A stretch of DNA of 64,000 nt from Flavipsychrobacter sp. (GTDB lineage: Bacteria > Bacteroidota > Bacteroidia > Chitinophagales > Chitinophagaceae): NCBI GenBank assembly GCA_035299045.1, contig DATGXJ010000031.1, forward strand, positions 17,410-81,409, written 5' to 3'. Each line of letters starts with the position of its first letter. The first letter of the stretch is position 1. Below the pieces are notes generated by a model that was given only the letters and a program-made list of their open reading frames with translations, was not told the origin of the DNA and made no database searches. A program made the translations under genes and the position numbers. Of this stretch, positions 46,083 to 55,300 are shown piece by piece.

Positions 46083-47882
46083 TTACTGTTTGTTAAACCT
46101 CATTACTTTGGTATTCTCACCATCTACAAACTTAACAAAGTAAATACCGCTTGCAAGTGCTTTAACATCTACAGATGTTTTACTATCTGTTACATTTACT
46201 ACTTGCAATGTTTTGCCAGTAACATCTGTAATGTACATTACTGCTTTGTTAGAATAACTACCCGAAACCTCAACATTCAGTATGCTTTCTGCAGGGTTAG
46301 GATATAGATTGATAAACACGCTGCTCAATCCTACATTACTGATACCTGTTGGTGGCTGCGTTGCAAACTCTAACAACGACCATGGAGATACTGACAATAC
46401 GCCGTTATCACGACACTTACAACGAACAAACAAATCATAAGTGGTTTTAGGCAGTAATGCCGTTACTTGAACACTTGTTGTTTTTAACGGTGTACCTAAT
46501 GTAGGTGTAATGTTTGAGGTAGCCAGATAATATTCGTATTCATATGCGGTATTTACAGACGGCCAGAACGCAACAGCACGATTTGATGACAGATACGTAA
46601 GGCTTGTTTGCGGCCTGCGGCAAGGGATAGGTGTGTAGAAAGAATCTAACATCCAAGCAGAGCTATCAACATTTGGGCAAAGTGTACGATAGTATACATA
46701 ATACCATGTACCTTCTGTTAACCCTGTTTTGCTGACAGAAGGAGATGTAGTACTTGTTGCCGCACCTCCAGTAGGTGTCAACTTAGTAGCTGTAACTATG
46801 TATTGGTAATTGGTAGCTGTAGAAACTGCCGGCCATTGGAATGTTGCAGAGTTAGTATCTACTGCCGCTACAACCAGCTTACCAGGCTTAGTACATTCCG
46901 GTAATGTACGGAACGAAATTGTATCCCACTGAGAAATGCTGACAGCAGAACACCTTGTACGTACGTGTAAATAATAAGTAGTAGCAGGAGTTAAACCATT
47001 TCTGCTACCTACAGTAGGAACTGTGTTAGTTATTGTTGTAGCAACATTCGGTGCAAGATCGGCACGCGTGTCAACTGCATATTGATAATCTAATACACTA
47101 CCGCTAATACCTGTCCAACTAAAGCTGGCAGCTTGAGAGTTGAATGATGTTACCGTAAAGCCTGTTGCCTTAGCACATGGCGTAGGAGGATCCCACTGAT
47201 ATACCTGACCTGTAGCAGGATATGAACTGATAGACGTAGTAAACACAGTACTTGATGGTGCCGGAGCAGAGGTAGCTAAAGGCAGAGATTGATAATCTGA
47301 ACCTGAATAGCCAATACCTATAGCCATACCCGGACGGGCAGCTGAACCTTCTCTTTTGTATACAAACTGAATGCGTCCGGATGTTTCATACAGTCTCGCC
47401 TGCATTGTATATTCAGGATTGGCAGAATAAGAAAACGGCCTCCAGTTTTTCCATTCAAATGTGAACACTCTGTTAGGAGCAGTACCGGTAACTACATAAG
47501 AAGCAGTAGCACCACTCGTACCCCACTCATCTCCCCACATAGGGAAAAGTGTAGGCCCCATTACATTCAATGCACCTGTAGAACCAGAAAGATATACTGA
47601 TGAAGTATTATTGAGGCATATATAACCATTGGAACCAACACTTACGGTGTTGTAGTTATTGCCACAAAACGGGAAATTGAAGCCAAGCGGCACGTTTGTC
47701 ACAATACAGTCATCGCAATGTATTGTTGACGTGACTGTACTACCGCTAATGTAGTTGAACGTTTCTGTAGATGTAGTAAAAACATAGGTTGAACAGGCAG
47801 GAATTTGTGCTTTTGCGCTCATAGACAGTAGCGTAAACAGCACACCCGTTAAAATTAATCTGAAGCTGTATAAGTATTTCAT
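46083..47882 (-). CDS. T9SS cargo: different N-terminal head + three FN3-like modules + type-A CTD (paralogue of 44178..45854)
   Basis: The ORF track starts at a TTG (47891). I prefer the ATG at 47882 (MKYLYSFRLILTGVLFTLLSMSAKAQ). The stalk modules align closely with the neighbour (CTKPGKLVVAAVDTNSATFQW...YQYIV...WYYVYYRTLC...SAWMLDSFYTPIPCRRP). CTD: INLYPNPAESILNVEV...LASGIYFVKFVDGENTKVMRFNKQ. Confidence 0.7.
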   Translation of the reverse strand: MKYLYSFRLILTGVLFTLLSMSAKAQIPACSTYVFTTSTETFNYISGSTVTSTIHCDDCIVTNVPLGFNFPFCGNNYNTVSVGSNGYICLNNTSSVYLSGSTGALNVMGPTLFPMWGDEWGTSGATASYVVTGTAPNRVFTFEWKNWRPFSYSANPEYTMQARLYETSGRIQFVYKREGSAARPGMAIGIGYSGSDYQSLPLATSAPAPSSTVFTTSISSYPATGQVYQWDPPTPCAKATGFTVTSFNSQAASFSWTGISGSVLDYQYAVDTRADLAPNVATTITNTVPTVGSRNGLTPATTYYLHVRTRCSAVSISQWDTISFRTLPECTKPGKLVVAAVDTNSATFQWPAVSTATNYQYIVTATKLTPTGGAATSTTSPSVSKTGLTEGTWYYVYYRTLCPNVDSSAWMLDSFYTPIPCRRPQTSLTYLSSNRAVAFWPSVNTAYEYEYYLATSNITPTLGTPLKTTSVQVTALLPKTTYDLFVRCKCRDNGVLSVSPWSLLEFATQPPTGISNVGLSSVFINLYPNPAESILNVEVSGSYSNKAVMYITDVTGKTLQVVNVTDSKTSVDVKALASGIYFVKFVDGENTKVMRFNKQ

Positions 47883-47990
47883 ACTTCGCAATAGTTACTT
47901 GTTGATTTTGCAAATAATAAACCTTCTTAAAATTATATTAAAAATTTTAAAAAGAGATAATTATTTTTACAATAAGTTTAAAATGTGAAT

Positions 47991-48021
47991 AAAAAAAATG
48001 CACTACAAATGATGCAGTGCA
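47991..48021 (-). terminator. Rho-independent terminator after fbaB
   Basis: The minus strand reads TGCACTGC-ATCATTT-GTAGTGCA (one G-U pair) followed by TTTTTTTT. Confidence 0.5.
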
Positions 48022-48051
48022 TTATAGTATAAATATTTAACTATTAGTTAA

Positions 48052-49110
48052 TTAAGCGATTGTGATGCTGTTATCCAGATACACATCTTGGATTGTATTC
48101 AACAATTGAACACCTTCGTTCATTGGCTTCTGGAATGCTTTACGACCACTGATGAGGCCCATACCACCTGCACGCTTGTTAACAACTGCAGTCATCACAG
48201 CCTCTGCCATATCTGATGCACCTTTAGATTCACCACCAGAGTTAATTAAACCGGCACGGCCCATGTAGCAGTTAGCCACCTGGTAACGACACAGGTCTAT
48301 CGGGTGATCTGTAGTCAGTTCGTCGTATACTTTTTTGTGAGTTTTACCGAAGTTCAGTGCAGTGTAGCCACCATTGCCAACAGGCAATTTTTGCTTGATG
48401 ATATCTGCCTGAATAGTTACGCCCAGGTGGTTTGCCTGTGCAGTAAGGTCTGCTGCTGTGTGGTAGTCAACACCATCTTTCTTGAAAGAGCTGTTGCGCA
48501 GGTAGCACCACAGTACTGTAGCCATACCCAGTTCGTGTGCATATTCAAATGCTTTAGCAACTTCTACTATCTGGCGAGCGCTCTCGTCGCTACCAAAGTA
48601 GATAGTAGCACCTACAGCAGTTGCACCCATGTTCCATGCATCGCGGATAGTACCGAACATTATCTGGTCGAACTTGTTAGGATAAGAGATAAACTCATTA
48701 TGATTGATCTTAACGATGAAAGGTATTTTGTGAGCGTATTTGCGAGCTACTGCACCCAGTACACCATAAGTAGATGCAACTGCGTTACAACCACCTTCCA
48801 TAGCCAGTTTCACGATATTTTCAGGATCGAAATAAATAGGGTTTGGAGCGAAAGAAGCGCCTGCGCTGTGCTCGATACCCTGATCTACAGGAAGAATAGA
48901 TACATAACCAGTGTTTGCAAGACGGCCATTGCCCATCAGTGCCTGAATGCTTTTCAGGGTTTGGATGTTACGGTTAGACATTTGCCATACGTCATCTACA
49001 ACATTGCCTGAAGGCAGGTGCAGTGCAGATTTGTCGATGGTTTTGCAAGTGTGGTCAAGATAAAAGCCTGCCTGGTCGCCCAGCAGTTCCTGTATTTTTG
49101 TCGATGCCAT
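48052..49110 (-). CDS. fbaB: Class I fructose-bisphosphate aldolase (FbaB/DhnA type)
   Basis: 352 aa. [31 protein letters not shown] (Schiff-base Lys region) and [13 protein letters not shown] resemble E. coli FbaB. Expression-biased codons. Confidence 0.88.
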   Translation of the reverse strand: MASTKIQELLGDQAGFYLDHTCKTIDKSALHLPSGNVVDDVWQMSNRNIQTLKSIQALMGNGRLANTGYVSILPVDQGIEHSAGASFAPNPIYFDPENIVKLAMEGGCNAVASTYGVLGAVARKYAHKIPFIVKINHNEFISYPNKFDQIMFGTIRDAWNMGATAVGATIYFGSDESARQIVEVAKAFEYAHELGMATVLWCYLRNSSFKKDGVDYHTAADLTAQANHLGVTIQADIIKQKLPVGNGGYTALNFGKTHKKVYDELTTDHPIDLCRYQVANCYMGRAGLINSGGESKGASDMAEAVMTAVVNKRAGGMGLISGRKAFQKPMNEGVQLLNTIQDVYLDNSITIA

Positions 49111-49141
49111 ATATATATGATATTTTTCCTTAAAAAGTGTG

Positions 49142-49149
49142 CAAAGATA
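49142..49149 (-). promoter_or_regulatory. -7 promoter box TATCTTTG (minus strand) for fbaB
   Basis: Plus strand reads CAAAGATA, an exact TAnnTTTG on the minus strand, 32 nt upstream of the ATG at 49110. Confidence 0.45.
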
Positions 49150-49188
49150 ATTATTAAACCAATAAGTTGGTTACTGCCCTGTAGTTAA

Positions 49189-50736
49189 TCAGGGGTTAAG
49201 AATGAATACTTTACATTCAGCACTTATATCTACCGAAGGCAAAGCCTCTCCCCTTTCATTTTTCAGTTGCCAGTTGGCATTGTATTGGGGGTAATAACAG
49301 TAATATTTCACACCGTACTTACGTAGTTCAGGCAACAATTCCTGAAAGCTTGCAGGTGCTTTGTGTATGATATGGTAGCTGTTCCCTGAGAAATAGGCTA
49401 CTCTTTGCATATATACCGCCTCAGGCATACCAAAAACGACATTAGAAGCCATGCTACCCTTTATGCCTTGTTGCTTTAAGTCTTGCGCCAACTTATATTC
49501 TGCCGTGCCTTTGTTCCACATACTCTTCATATCCCACACAGGCCATATAGCATAGCTGAGGGCAAAGAGCAAGATTATACCCTTGCGGTTCAGCATCCTG
49601 CTTTTGCGCAGTATTGCCATACCCAATACCATGCTGATAGGCAGCATATACCAGATATAGCGCGGCTCGAAGTTGATAAGCAGAAACGGCAATGGGAAAA
49701 TGCTGTAAGGTATGATGACAGGATAGTATGCGCGGTACTTTTGCCGCATTACTTTGCGAAACAAAAGCAGCCAAACCATATATACCCAGACCGCCAGAAA
49801 ACCTACACCTATCATCAGGCTACTGAGTGTAAACTTGTAGCTGTTCTGCACCAGCTTCATCAACTGGCGAATGAATAATGTGGTTGAAGTCCAAAACTGT
49901 GGCGTCTCTCCATTTACCAGCCACGGGTCTTGCCAATAGCTGATGCCATTGCCTGCGGGCAACAGATATCCGATACCATCCTTCCAATACGGATGCCCTA
50001 CCAGATACCACGACATATTGAGCTTGCCGGCAGTGCCTGTTGTCCACATGCCATATTTATGATGCAATGCAAACAACCACGGGCTGCTTAGTAACACCAT
50101 TGTACCAATCATTACAGCCGATATCTTCAGCCACTCTACCCCGTTAGCACTTCGCCATGCACGGGTATTGTAGAACACTACAGCCAGTGTACTGAGTATA
50201 AAAAATGGGAAGGCATAGGCTTTGGCAAAGTATGCCAATGCACCCAGCACACCTGCCCCCAACCAATATAATGGTGTGTGCCTGAACTTGTGGCTTATCA
50301 TCAGGCGGAGTGCGTAGAGTAAAAAGAAACACTCCCAGATATCATCGTAGTTCTGATAATACACTGCGTATGCAAGAAACACAGAAGAAGCCATACAAAG
50401 CAACCACTGTGCAAAGCTGTTGATGCTATACCTGATGAAAAATGAATGGGTGATGCGTAGCAGTAATACTGCGCCAATAGCATTGGCTATAATTGCACCG
50501 TCAATGGCAGTAGTACCTAGTTTAATAAAAATCGCCGTCAACCAGCAGCTCCACGGGCTCCAATATCCGTTCACAGCATTCAGCCAGTCACCATCTGCAT
50601 ATAGCTTGGATATAGTAAGATAGGCAGTAGCATCCGGGTCTACATAGTATTTGCAATACGGATAGTAAACGGCAATCAACAACAACAGCACTATGGCCGA
50701 TGCAATAAATGGTATGTGTTTGCGAAACTGTTGCAA
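49189..50736 (-). CDS. Polytopic membrane protein, putative GT-C-fold (ArnT/PMT-like) glycosyltransferase
   Basis: 515 aa, 10 or more TM segments, TTG start. It has an acidic first loop (YYVDPDATAYLTISKLYADGDW) and a soluble C-terminal ~110 aa. The family call is tentative. Confidence 0.5.
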   Translation of the reverse strand: MQQFRKHIPFIASAIVLLLLIAVYYPYCKYYVDPDATAYLTISKLYADGDWLNAVNGYWSPWSCWLTAIFIKLGTTAIDGAIIANAIGAVLLLRITHSFFIRYSINSFAQWLLCMASSVFLAYAVYYQNYDDIWECFFLLYALRLMISHKFRHTPLYWLGAGVLGALAYFAKAYAFPFFILSTLAVVFYNTRAWRSANGVEWLKISAVMIGTMVLLSSPWLFALHHKYGMWTTGTAGKLNMSWYLVGHPYWKDGIGYLLPAGNGISYWQDPWLVNGETPQFWTSTTLFIRQLMKLVQNSYKFTLSSLMIGVGFLAVWVYMVWLLLFRKVMRQKYRAYYPVIIPYSIFPLPFLLINFEPRYIWYMLPISMVLGMAILRKSRMLNRKGIILLFALSYAIWPVWDMKSMWNKGTAEYKLAQDLKQQGIKGSMASNVVFGMPEAVYMQRVAYFSGNSYHIIHKAPASFQELLPELRKYGVKYYCYYPQYNANWQLKNERGEALPSVDISAECKVFILNP

Positions 50737-50742
50737 GATGGT

Positions 50743-52098
50743 TTATTTACCCTTTGCAATATTAGCAGTATTGCGCAGCCTTTGCAACTGTAACTGAAAA
50801 CCTATTGCCGCACAAGCCATTGCAATAAGCGACACAGGCATGAAGTAACGTATATGCGCTATAGCACCTGCAATAAATACATAGTAGGCTATCAGCAGGA
50901 ATGCAAATACACGTATGCGCACATCGACACTTTTATTGAAGAAAAACAATAGCATACCTGCCAGACGCAGCAGATTGAATGCCAACACCACCATAGCTAT
51001 CGGAAATGAAGGGCTGCGGGAGATGTATTCCTTCAAGCCGCTTATGCCTTTTTCCTGCATAGTAGCATAAAAGCCCGATTTATCGTGCAGGTCGTACAGT
51101 TTTTCAAGTGTCAGCCTGCCGGTAAACATATCAATCTCCCCTTTGCCGGGGTCAACCAGCATACGCAAACTATGCTTGGTATGATACACCATAAAGCCAC
51201 CGAAATTCTCCTTCAGCAATTGCATACCACGCCTATTTGCGTAGTTATATCTGGAGGAGAAATGATCCATCGTATCTATAATGGCCCGCTCATTATTAAG
51301 AAAGGCCTTGGCTTCATCGGGGCCTTTAGTATCCTTGTAGTAATTGAAGTAATAAAAGATGGCATTGAAAGACTGCGTACTCGAGAAATGCAACCTGCCG
51401 GTACGTTGAAAATTGAAGTATCCATACCCAATAACTACCAACACAGGCAGTATAGCACACAGGAAGGAATGTAATAAGTCTTTGTATATAACAACCCCTG
51501 CCAACAGCATAACCAACGCATGTATATATACCAACGGATAAGCTACCGGTTTTATCATAAGGCCAACTACCAACCACAGGCTCATATACAATGCAAAGCG
51601 CCAGTTTTTATATAGCACAAAACGGATGAAAGAACTGAAATACAATATCACAGTAGTTTGCAGCAAAAGGTCTGGTGTGATGCAGTTGGTATTTATGTAC
51701 TGCGATGGATAAATGACAACAAATGCCAGCATCACCCAATCGTACTTTCGCGTATAGCCTATATTGCGCACTGCATGGCGCAGATACATGATATTGAATA
51801 TAGAAATGATATTCTGTACAAAAAGAACAGCCCAATTGCTATGCACAAATAAATAGACGAGCCACATAAAAAGCGGATATCCCGGCGGACGAAGCGTCAT
51901 CAGCTCTGCCTGCAATGGCTTCGACAAATCGCCGGCATACAACCACCCTTTACTGATGTTGTGCGCCATATCTACATATTCCTGCGAATCGCCATTGAAT
52001 ATGCAGCCATAATACAGTGCTGCAAAGAAATACAACGTATGCACCGCTATCAGAGAAAGCAGGAAACGGATATCGGCGCGGGTTGGTTTAATAATCAT
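50743..52098 (-). CDS. Polytopic membrane protein, putative GT-C-fold (family 39/83-like) glycosyltransferase
   Basis: 451 aa. The first loop, NGDSQEYVDMAHNISKGWLY....LRPPGYPLFMWLVY, resembles the ArnT/PMT D..Y...a..l..G......RPPlYpl pattern. Ends 6 nt before the next GT-C-like gene. Confidence 0.55.
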   Translation of the reverse strand: MIIKPTRADIRFLLSLIAVHTLYFFAALYYGCIFNGDSQEYVDMAHNISKGWLYAGDLSKPLQAELMTLRPPGYPLFMWLVYLFVHSNWAVLFVQNIISIFNIMYLRHAVRNIGYTRKYDWVMLAFVVIYPSQYINTNCITPDLLLQTTVILYFSSFIRFVLYKNWRFALYMSLWLVVGLMIKPVAYPLVYIHALVMLLAGVVIYKDLLHSFLCAILPVLVVIGYGYFNFQRTGRLHFSSTQSFNAIFYYFNYYKDTKGPDEAKAFLNNERAIIDTMDHFSSRYNYANRRGMQLLKENFGGFMVYHTKHSLRMLVDPGKGEIDMFTGRLTLEKLYDLHDKSGFYATMQEKGISGLKEYISRSPSFPIAMVVLAFNLLRLAGMLLFFFNKSVDVRIRVFAFLLIAYYVFIAGAIAHIRYFMPVSLIAMACAAIGFQLQLQRLRNTANIAKGK

Positions 52099-52258
52099 GA
52101 ATATGTGTGGGGATGTACAAATATAATTTGCAATAAATGTTTATCAAAGCTACTATGAACATACTTAATGATTAAACAACACTTATTAATTATCAAGTAT
52201 TTGATGACGTCGATGATACATATCAACAAAATAAAACAGATAGCAGCCAAAAAACTAC

Positions 52259-52266
52259 TAATTTTG
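52259..52266 (+). promoter_or_regulatory. -7 promoter box TAATTTTG for the desaturase gene
   Basis: Exact TAnnTTTG match, 39 nt upstream of the ATG at 52305. Confidence 0.4.
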
Positions 52267-52304
52267 CGCCCGTCTTAAAAAAGTAACAAACAAGGCAACA
52301 TTGC

Positions 52305-53060
52305 ATGGCAATACTTATATTTTTTATAGCTCACTGGTATTTATCATTGTTCTCTCAAACATTCTTTCAGCATCGCTATGCGGCACACGGTGCTTATACC
52401 ATGAGTAAAGGCTGGGAACGTTTCTGGTTTATATTTACATTCGTTACGCAAGGCTCTTCGTACCTGAGCACAAGAACATACGCGCTGATGCATCGTATGC
52501 ACCATGCATTTGCAGACACAGAGAAAGACCCGCACTCTCCTAAATACTTCTCGAACGTATTTACGATGATGTGGCACACAAAAAACGTGTACACTTCTAT
52601 CTACGATGAAAAATTTGAAATAGAAGAACGCTTTAAAAAGAATGTACCAGAGTGGCGCAGCTTCGACCAGTTTGCACATGGTTGGGCACCACGCATCTTC
52701 TGGGCTGCTGTGTACACTGCCTACTATGCATACTTTGCTACAAGCTGGTGGATGTATTTGCTGTTGCCAATACATTACGCATCAGGACCTGTACATGGTG
52801 CTATCATCAACTGGTATGCACACAAATATGGCTACAAGAATTTTGAAATGAAAAATACATCAGACAATCTATTCCATGTAGACGTGCTGATGCTGGGTGA
52901 ATCTTATCACAACAATCACCACATGCGCGCATCTAACCCCAACTTTGGTGTACGCTGGCACGAGATAGACCCTGTGTACTACATCATCCGCGTATTCAGC
53001 GCACTGGGTATGATAAAGCTGAAACAACCAAAGCTGAACCCTGTAGAAACTGACTTCTAA
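52305..53060 (+). CDS. Acyl-CoA (delta-9-type) fatty acid desaturase
   Basis: Three histidine boxes (HRYAAH, HRMHHAFADTEKDPHSP, HNNHH) and TM pairs. 251 aa. Confidence 0.85.
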   Translation: MAILIFFIAHWYLSLFSQTFFQHRYAAHGAYTMSKGWERFWFIFTFVTQGSSYLSTRTYALMHRMHHAFADTEKDPHSPKYFSNVFTMMWHTKNVYTSIYDEKFEIEERFKKNVPEWRSFDQFAHGWAPRIFWAAVYTAYYAYFATSWWMYLLLPIHYASGPVHGAIINWYAHKYGYKNFEMKNTSDNLFHVDVLMLGESYHNNHHMRASNPNFGVRWHEIDPVYYIIRVFSALGMIKLKQPKLNPVETDF

Positions 53061-53079
53061 GAACAGACTGTTAATATAT

Positions 53080-53111
53080 AAAGCCACAACGATTGTTGTG
53101 GCTTTTCTTTT
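53080..53111 (+). terminator. Rho-independent terminator after the desaturase gene
   Basis: AAAGCCACAAC-GATT-GTTGTGGCTTT hairpin followed by TCTTTTAT. Confidence 0.6.
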
Positions 53112-53138
53112 ATGGTTAACTTTAGTAAAACCGTAAAA

Positions 53139-53471
53139 ATGATAATAGGCGTTGCAGGACCATACTCTGCAGACACAGAAGAACAGCGGCAGCAGAACCT
53201 TGACAAGTTGAATAAGGCTGCAGCAATGCTTTTAGAAAAGGGGCATATACCATTGATAGGCATTAACGCTGCACTGCCTGTTGTTAATGCTGCTGATGTA
53301 GCTGACCGTTACAAAGCAATAATGGATATATCTATGACTGTGATAGACAAATGTGACGCACTATTATTGATAGCTGAAAGCCGTGGCGCCAATATGGAGT
53401 GGGACCTTGTACTAAGCAAAGGACTGCCAGTGTACTACAGCATAGAGGAAGTACCTGACGCTACAGCTTAA
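53139..53471 (+). CDS. Hypothetical small protein, possibly nucleoside 2-deoxyribosyltransferase-like (DUF4406-like)
   Basis: Start placed at MIIGVAGPYSADT (ATG at 53139), because the ATG at 53112 abuts the terminator T-tract. IGVAGPYS...PLIGINA...CDALLLIAESRGANMEW resembles the Rossmann-like DUF4406/NDT fold pattern. Tentative. Confidence 0.45.
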   Translation: MIIGVAGPYSADTEEQRQQNLDKLNKAAAMLLEKGHIPLIGINAALPVVNAADVADRYKAIMDISMTVIDKCDALLLIAESRGANMEWDLVLSKGLPVYYSIEEVPDATA

Positions 53472-53829
53472 AATGCGGATTATATATTATCCCGAAGATA
53501 TTACCCCACGGGTCTTTAACGGCTGCCACCACGATACCCTCTCCCACATCTTGCGGCTGCTCGTGCCCGGTAGCGCCAGCTGCCAATAGCATATCGTAGG
53601 TAGCTTGTGCATTTTCTACCCCCCAGTAAGTAACAGCACTATCACCATATACAACAGCGCCCTCTGTTGGTTGCAAACCAAGTTCATACCCACCTACATT
53701 GAAGCCCACATAAAAAGGCATATCGAAATACGGTGCGATACCCAGCACTTTGGTATACCATGTTTTTGCTGCTTCTAAATCTGGCACTTTATAGCCCAGC
53801 GTTCGCAGGCCCAGGAATGGTGTTTGCAT
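53461..53829 (-). CDS. VOC-family (glyoxalase/bleomycin-resistance fold) protein
   Basis: 122 aa. L..LGYKV.DLEAAK.WY..VLG and C-terminal V.DPWGNIFGII are typical of VOC proteins. The 3' end overlaps the convergent gene by 11 nt. Confidence 0.75.
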   Translation of the reverse strand: MQTPFLGLRTLGYKVPDLEAAKTWYTKVLGIAPYFDMPFYVGFNVGGYELGLQPTEGAVVYGDSAVTYWGVENAQATYDMLLAAGATGHEQPQDVGEGIVVAAVKDPWGNIFGIIYNPHFKL

Positions 53830-53838
53830 AGTTATAAT

Positions 53839-54141
53839 CTAACGATTTTGTAAATAGTATACAATATTTGCTTGCAAAAGGTAATTAATTACACTGCAAA
53901 CAATAGATAGTCCGTATTTTTTTTTCTTATAAAATAGAAATGTTACAATAAGAACAACAACTCCAAATACACCTGAAATTAAATATGGTCTTCTGATTAA
54001 TTCTATAGTATCGTTTGACACCAATGGACTTATTAATTGCCATTTAGTCATGAAATACGCTACAAATTTTCCCAGTGTAATCAAACACATTAAGACCGTT
54101 ACAACAAGTGCGGGTACTCTTAGCTTACGTGACTGCTCCAT
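53839..54141 (-). CDS. Hypothetical small membrane protein
   Basis: ORF trimmed to MEQSRKLRVPALVVTVLMCLITLG (ATG at 54141), 4 nt after the stop of the upstream gene. About three TM segments. Confidence 0.4.
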   Translation of the reverse strand: MEQSRKLRVPALVVTVLMCLITLGKFVAYFMTKWQLISPLVSNDTIELIRRPYLISGVFGVVVLIVTFLFYKKKKYGLSIVCSVINYLLQANIVYYLQNR

Positions 54142-54145
54142 CGTG

Positions 54146-54925
54146 CTACGAAACAAGTTTTGACATATACCCAACCGCTTCTTTCATCCTGCTGCCATAC
54201 CAGCTAAACATTTCGCCGTCTACCAGCTTTACATCAGCATCGGGCAGTACAGCTTTTATTTCTGCTATATGCTTTTCTTTAAAAGGGAATGGCTCTGAAG
54301 ACAGCAGCACCAGTTCCGGATTAAGCTCTTTCAGTTTTTCAAGGTCTACTTCAGGGTAGCGGCTTTCGTGCTTCAATACATTTACCCAGCCTATGGTTTG
54401 TATCATGTTACTGATAAAGGTATCGCCACCAACACTCATCCACGGATTGTACCAGATGAAATATGCCACTCGCTTGGGCGTGGTTGCTTTTTGCAGTTTG
54501 GTAAAGCCCGTTACTATCTCATCTACCAGTTCATTTGCTTTAGCATCTCTGCCTGTCAGCAGCCCTACTACCTGTATCATTTGCAAAGCTTGTGGTATGT
54601 TGTGCATATCGCTTATCCATACCGGAAACTCTTTTGCCAGTGCTTCAATCTGTTCGCGTTCGTTTTCTTCTTTGTTAGCAATGATGAGGTCGGGCTTTAG
54701 TTCGCGTATCACATCTATATTCAGCTTCTTGGTACCTCCTACCCTTGTCTTGCTTCGAAACCAGCTTTCGGGGTGCACGCAAAACTTAGTGATGCCTACT
54801 ACTTCATCTTCCAGCCCAAGATAATGCAGCAGTTCTGTCTGCGAAGGCACCACAGATACGATGCGCTTTGGCGGAAACTGAAATTCCACATCGCGGCCAA
54901 GCATATCGGTTATTATACGCCTCAT
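54146..54925 (-). CDS. BtuF/TroA-like (helical-backbone) substrate-binding-protein fold, no signal peptide
   Basis: MLGRDVEFQFPPKRIVSVVPSQTELLHYLGLEDEVVGITKFC....DVIRELKPDLIIANKEEN matches cobalamin/siderophore-type class III SBPs. The longest possible ORF begins directly with the mature-domain sequence. Confidence 0.7.
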   Translation of the reverse strand: MRRIITDMLGRDVEFQFPPKRIVSVVPSQTELLHYLGLEDEVVGITKFCVHPESWFRSKTRVGGTKKLNIDVIRELKPDLIIANKEENEREQIEALAKEFPVWISDMHNIPQALQMIQVVGLLTGRDAKANELVDEIVTGFTKLQKATTPKRVAYFIWYNPWMSVGGDTFISNMIQTIGWVNVLKHESRYPEVDLEKLKELNPELVLLSSEPFPFKEKHIAEIKAVLPDADVKLVDGEMFSWYGSRMKEAVGYMSKLVS

Positions 54926-55260
54926 GAAAAACGTTTTATGTACGCCATCACAATCATGGCAAATATGGCGTCTATCAAAAACAGGCTGCTATGATACAAT
55001 TCTTCTTTTACCAGAAAATGCAAGAGCAGGCTGAGTGTTGTAACACCAATATATGCATACGCAGCCCAGCGCTTCATATCGCACACAAACAACCATGCAA
55101 ATGTGCATGCCAGCATCCACAATGGTTGCAACCATATCAGCGAAGACAACGACTCTGTACTGGCATTATATATACTAAACACCAGCAAGCCGATATGAAA
55201 CAAAGCCACCAGTGGAAATACTACCGGTGGCTTTTTTATAAATCTTTCTACGAAACTCAA
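54922..55260 (-). CDS. Hypothetical small membrane protein
   Basis: 112 aa with about 4 TM segments. ATGA overlap with the downstream SBP-like gene. Confidence 0.45.
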   Translation of the reverse strand: MSFVERFIKKPPVVFPLVALFHIGLLVFSIYNASTESLSSLIWLQPLWMLACTFAWLFVCDMKRWAAYAYIGVTTLSLLLHFLVKEELYHSSLFLIDAIFAMIVMAYIKRFS

Positions 55261-55300
55261 AACTTATACGTTTTAGTAACCATTCAACTATTCAACACAA

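Noticed and set aside
48304-49011. 235-aa plus-strand ORF inside fbaB
   Set aside because: It is antisense to the class I aldolase, for the same reason as the metK antisense ORF.
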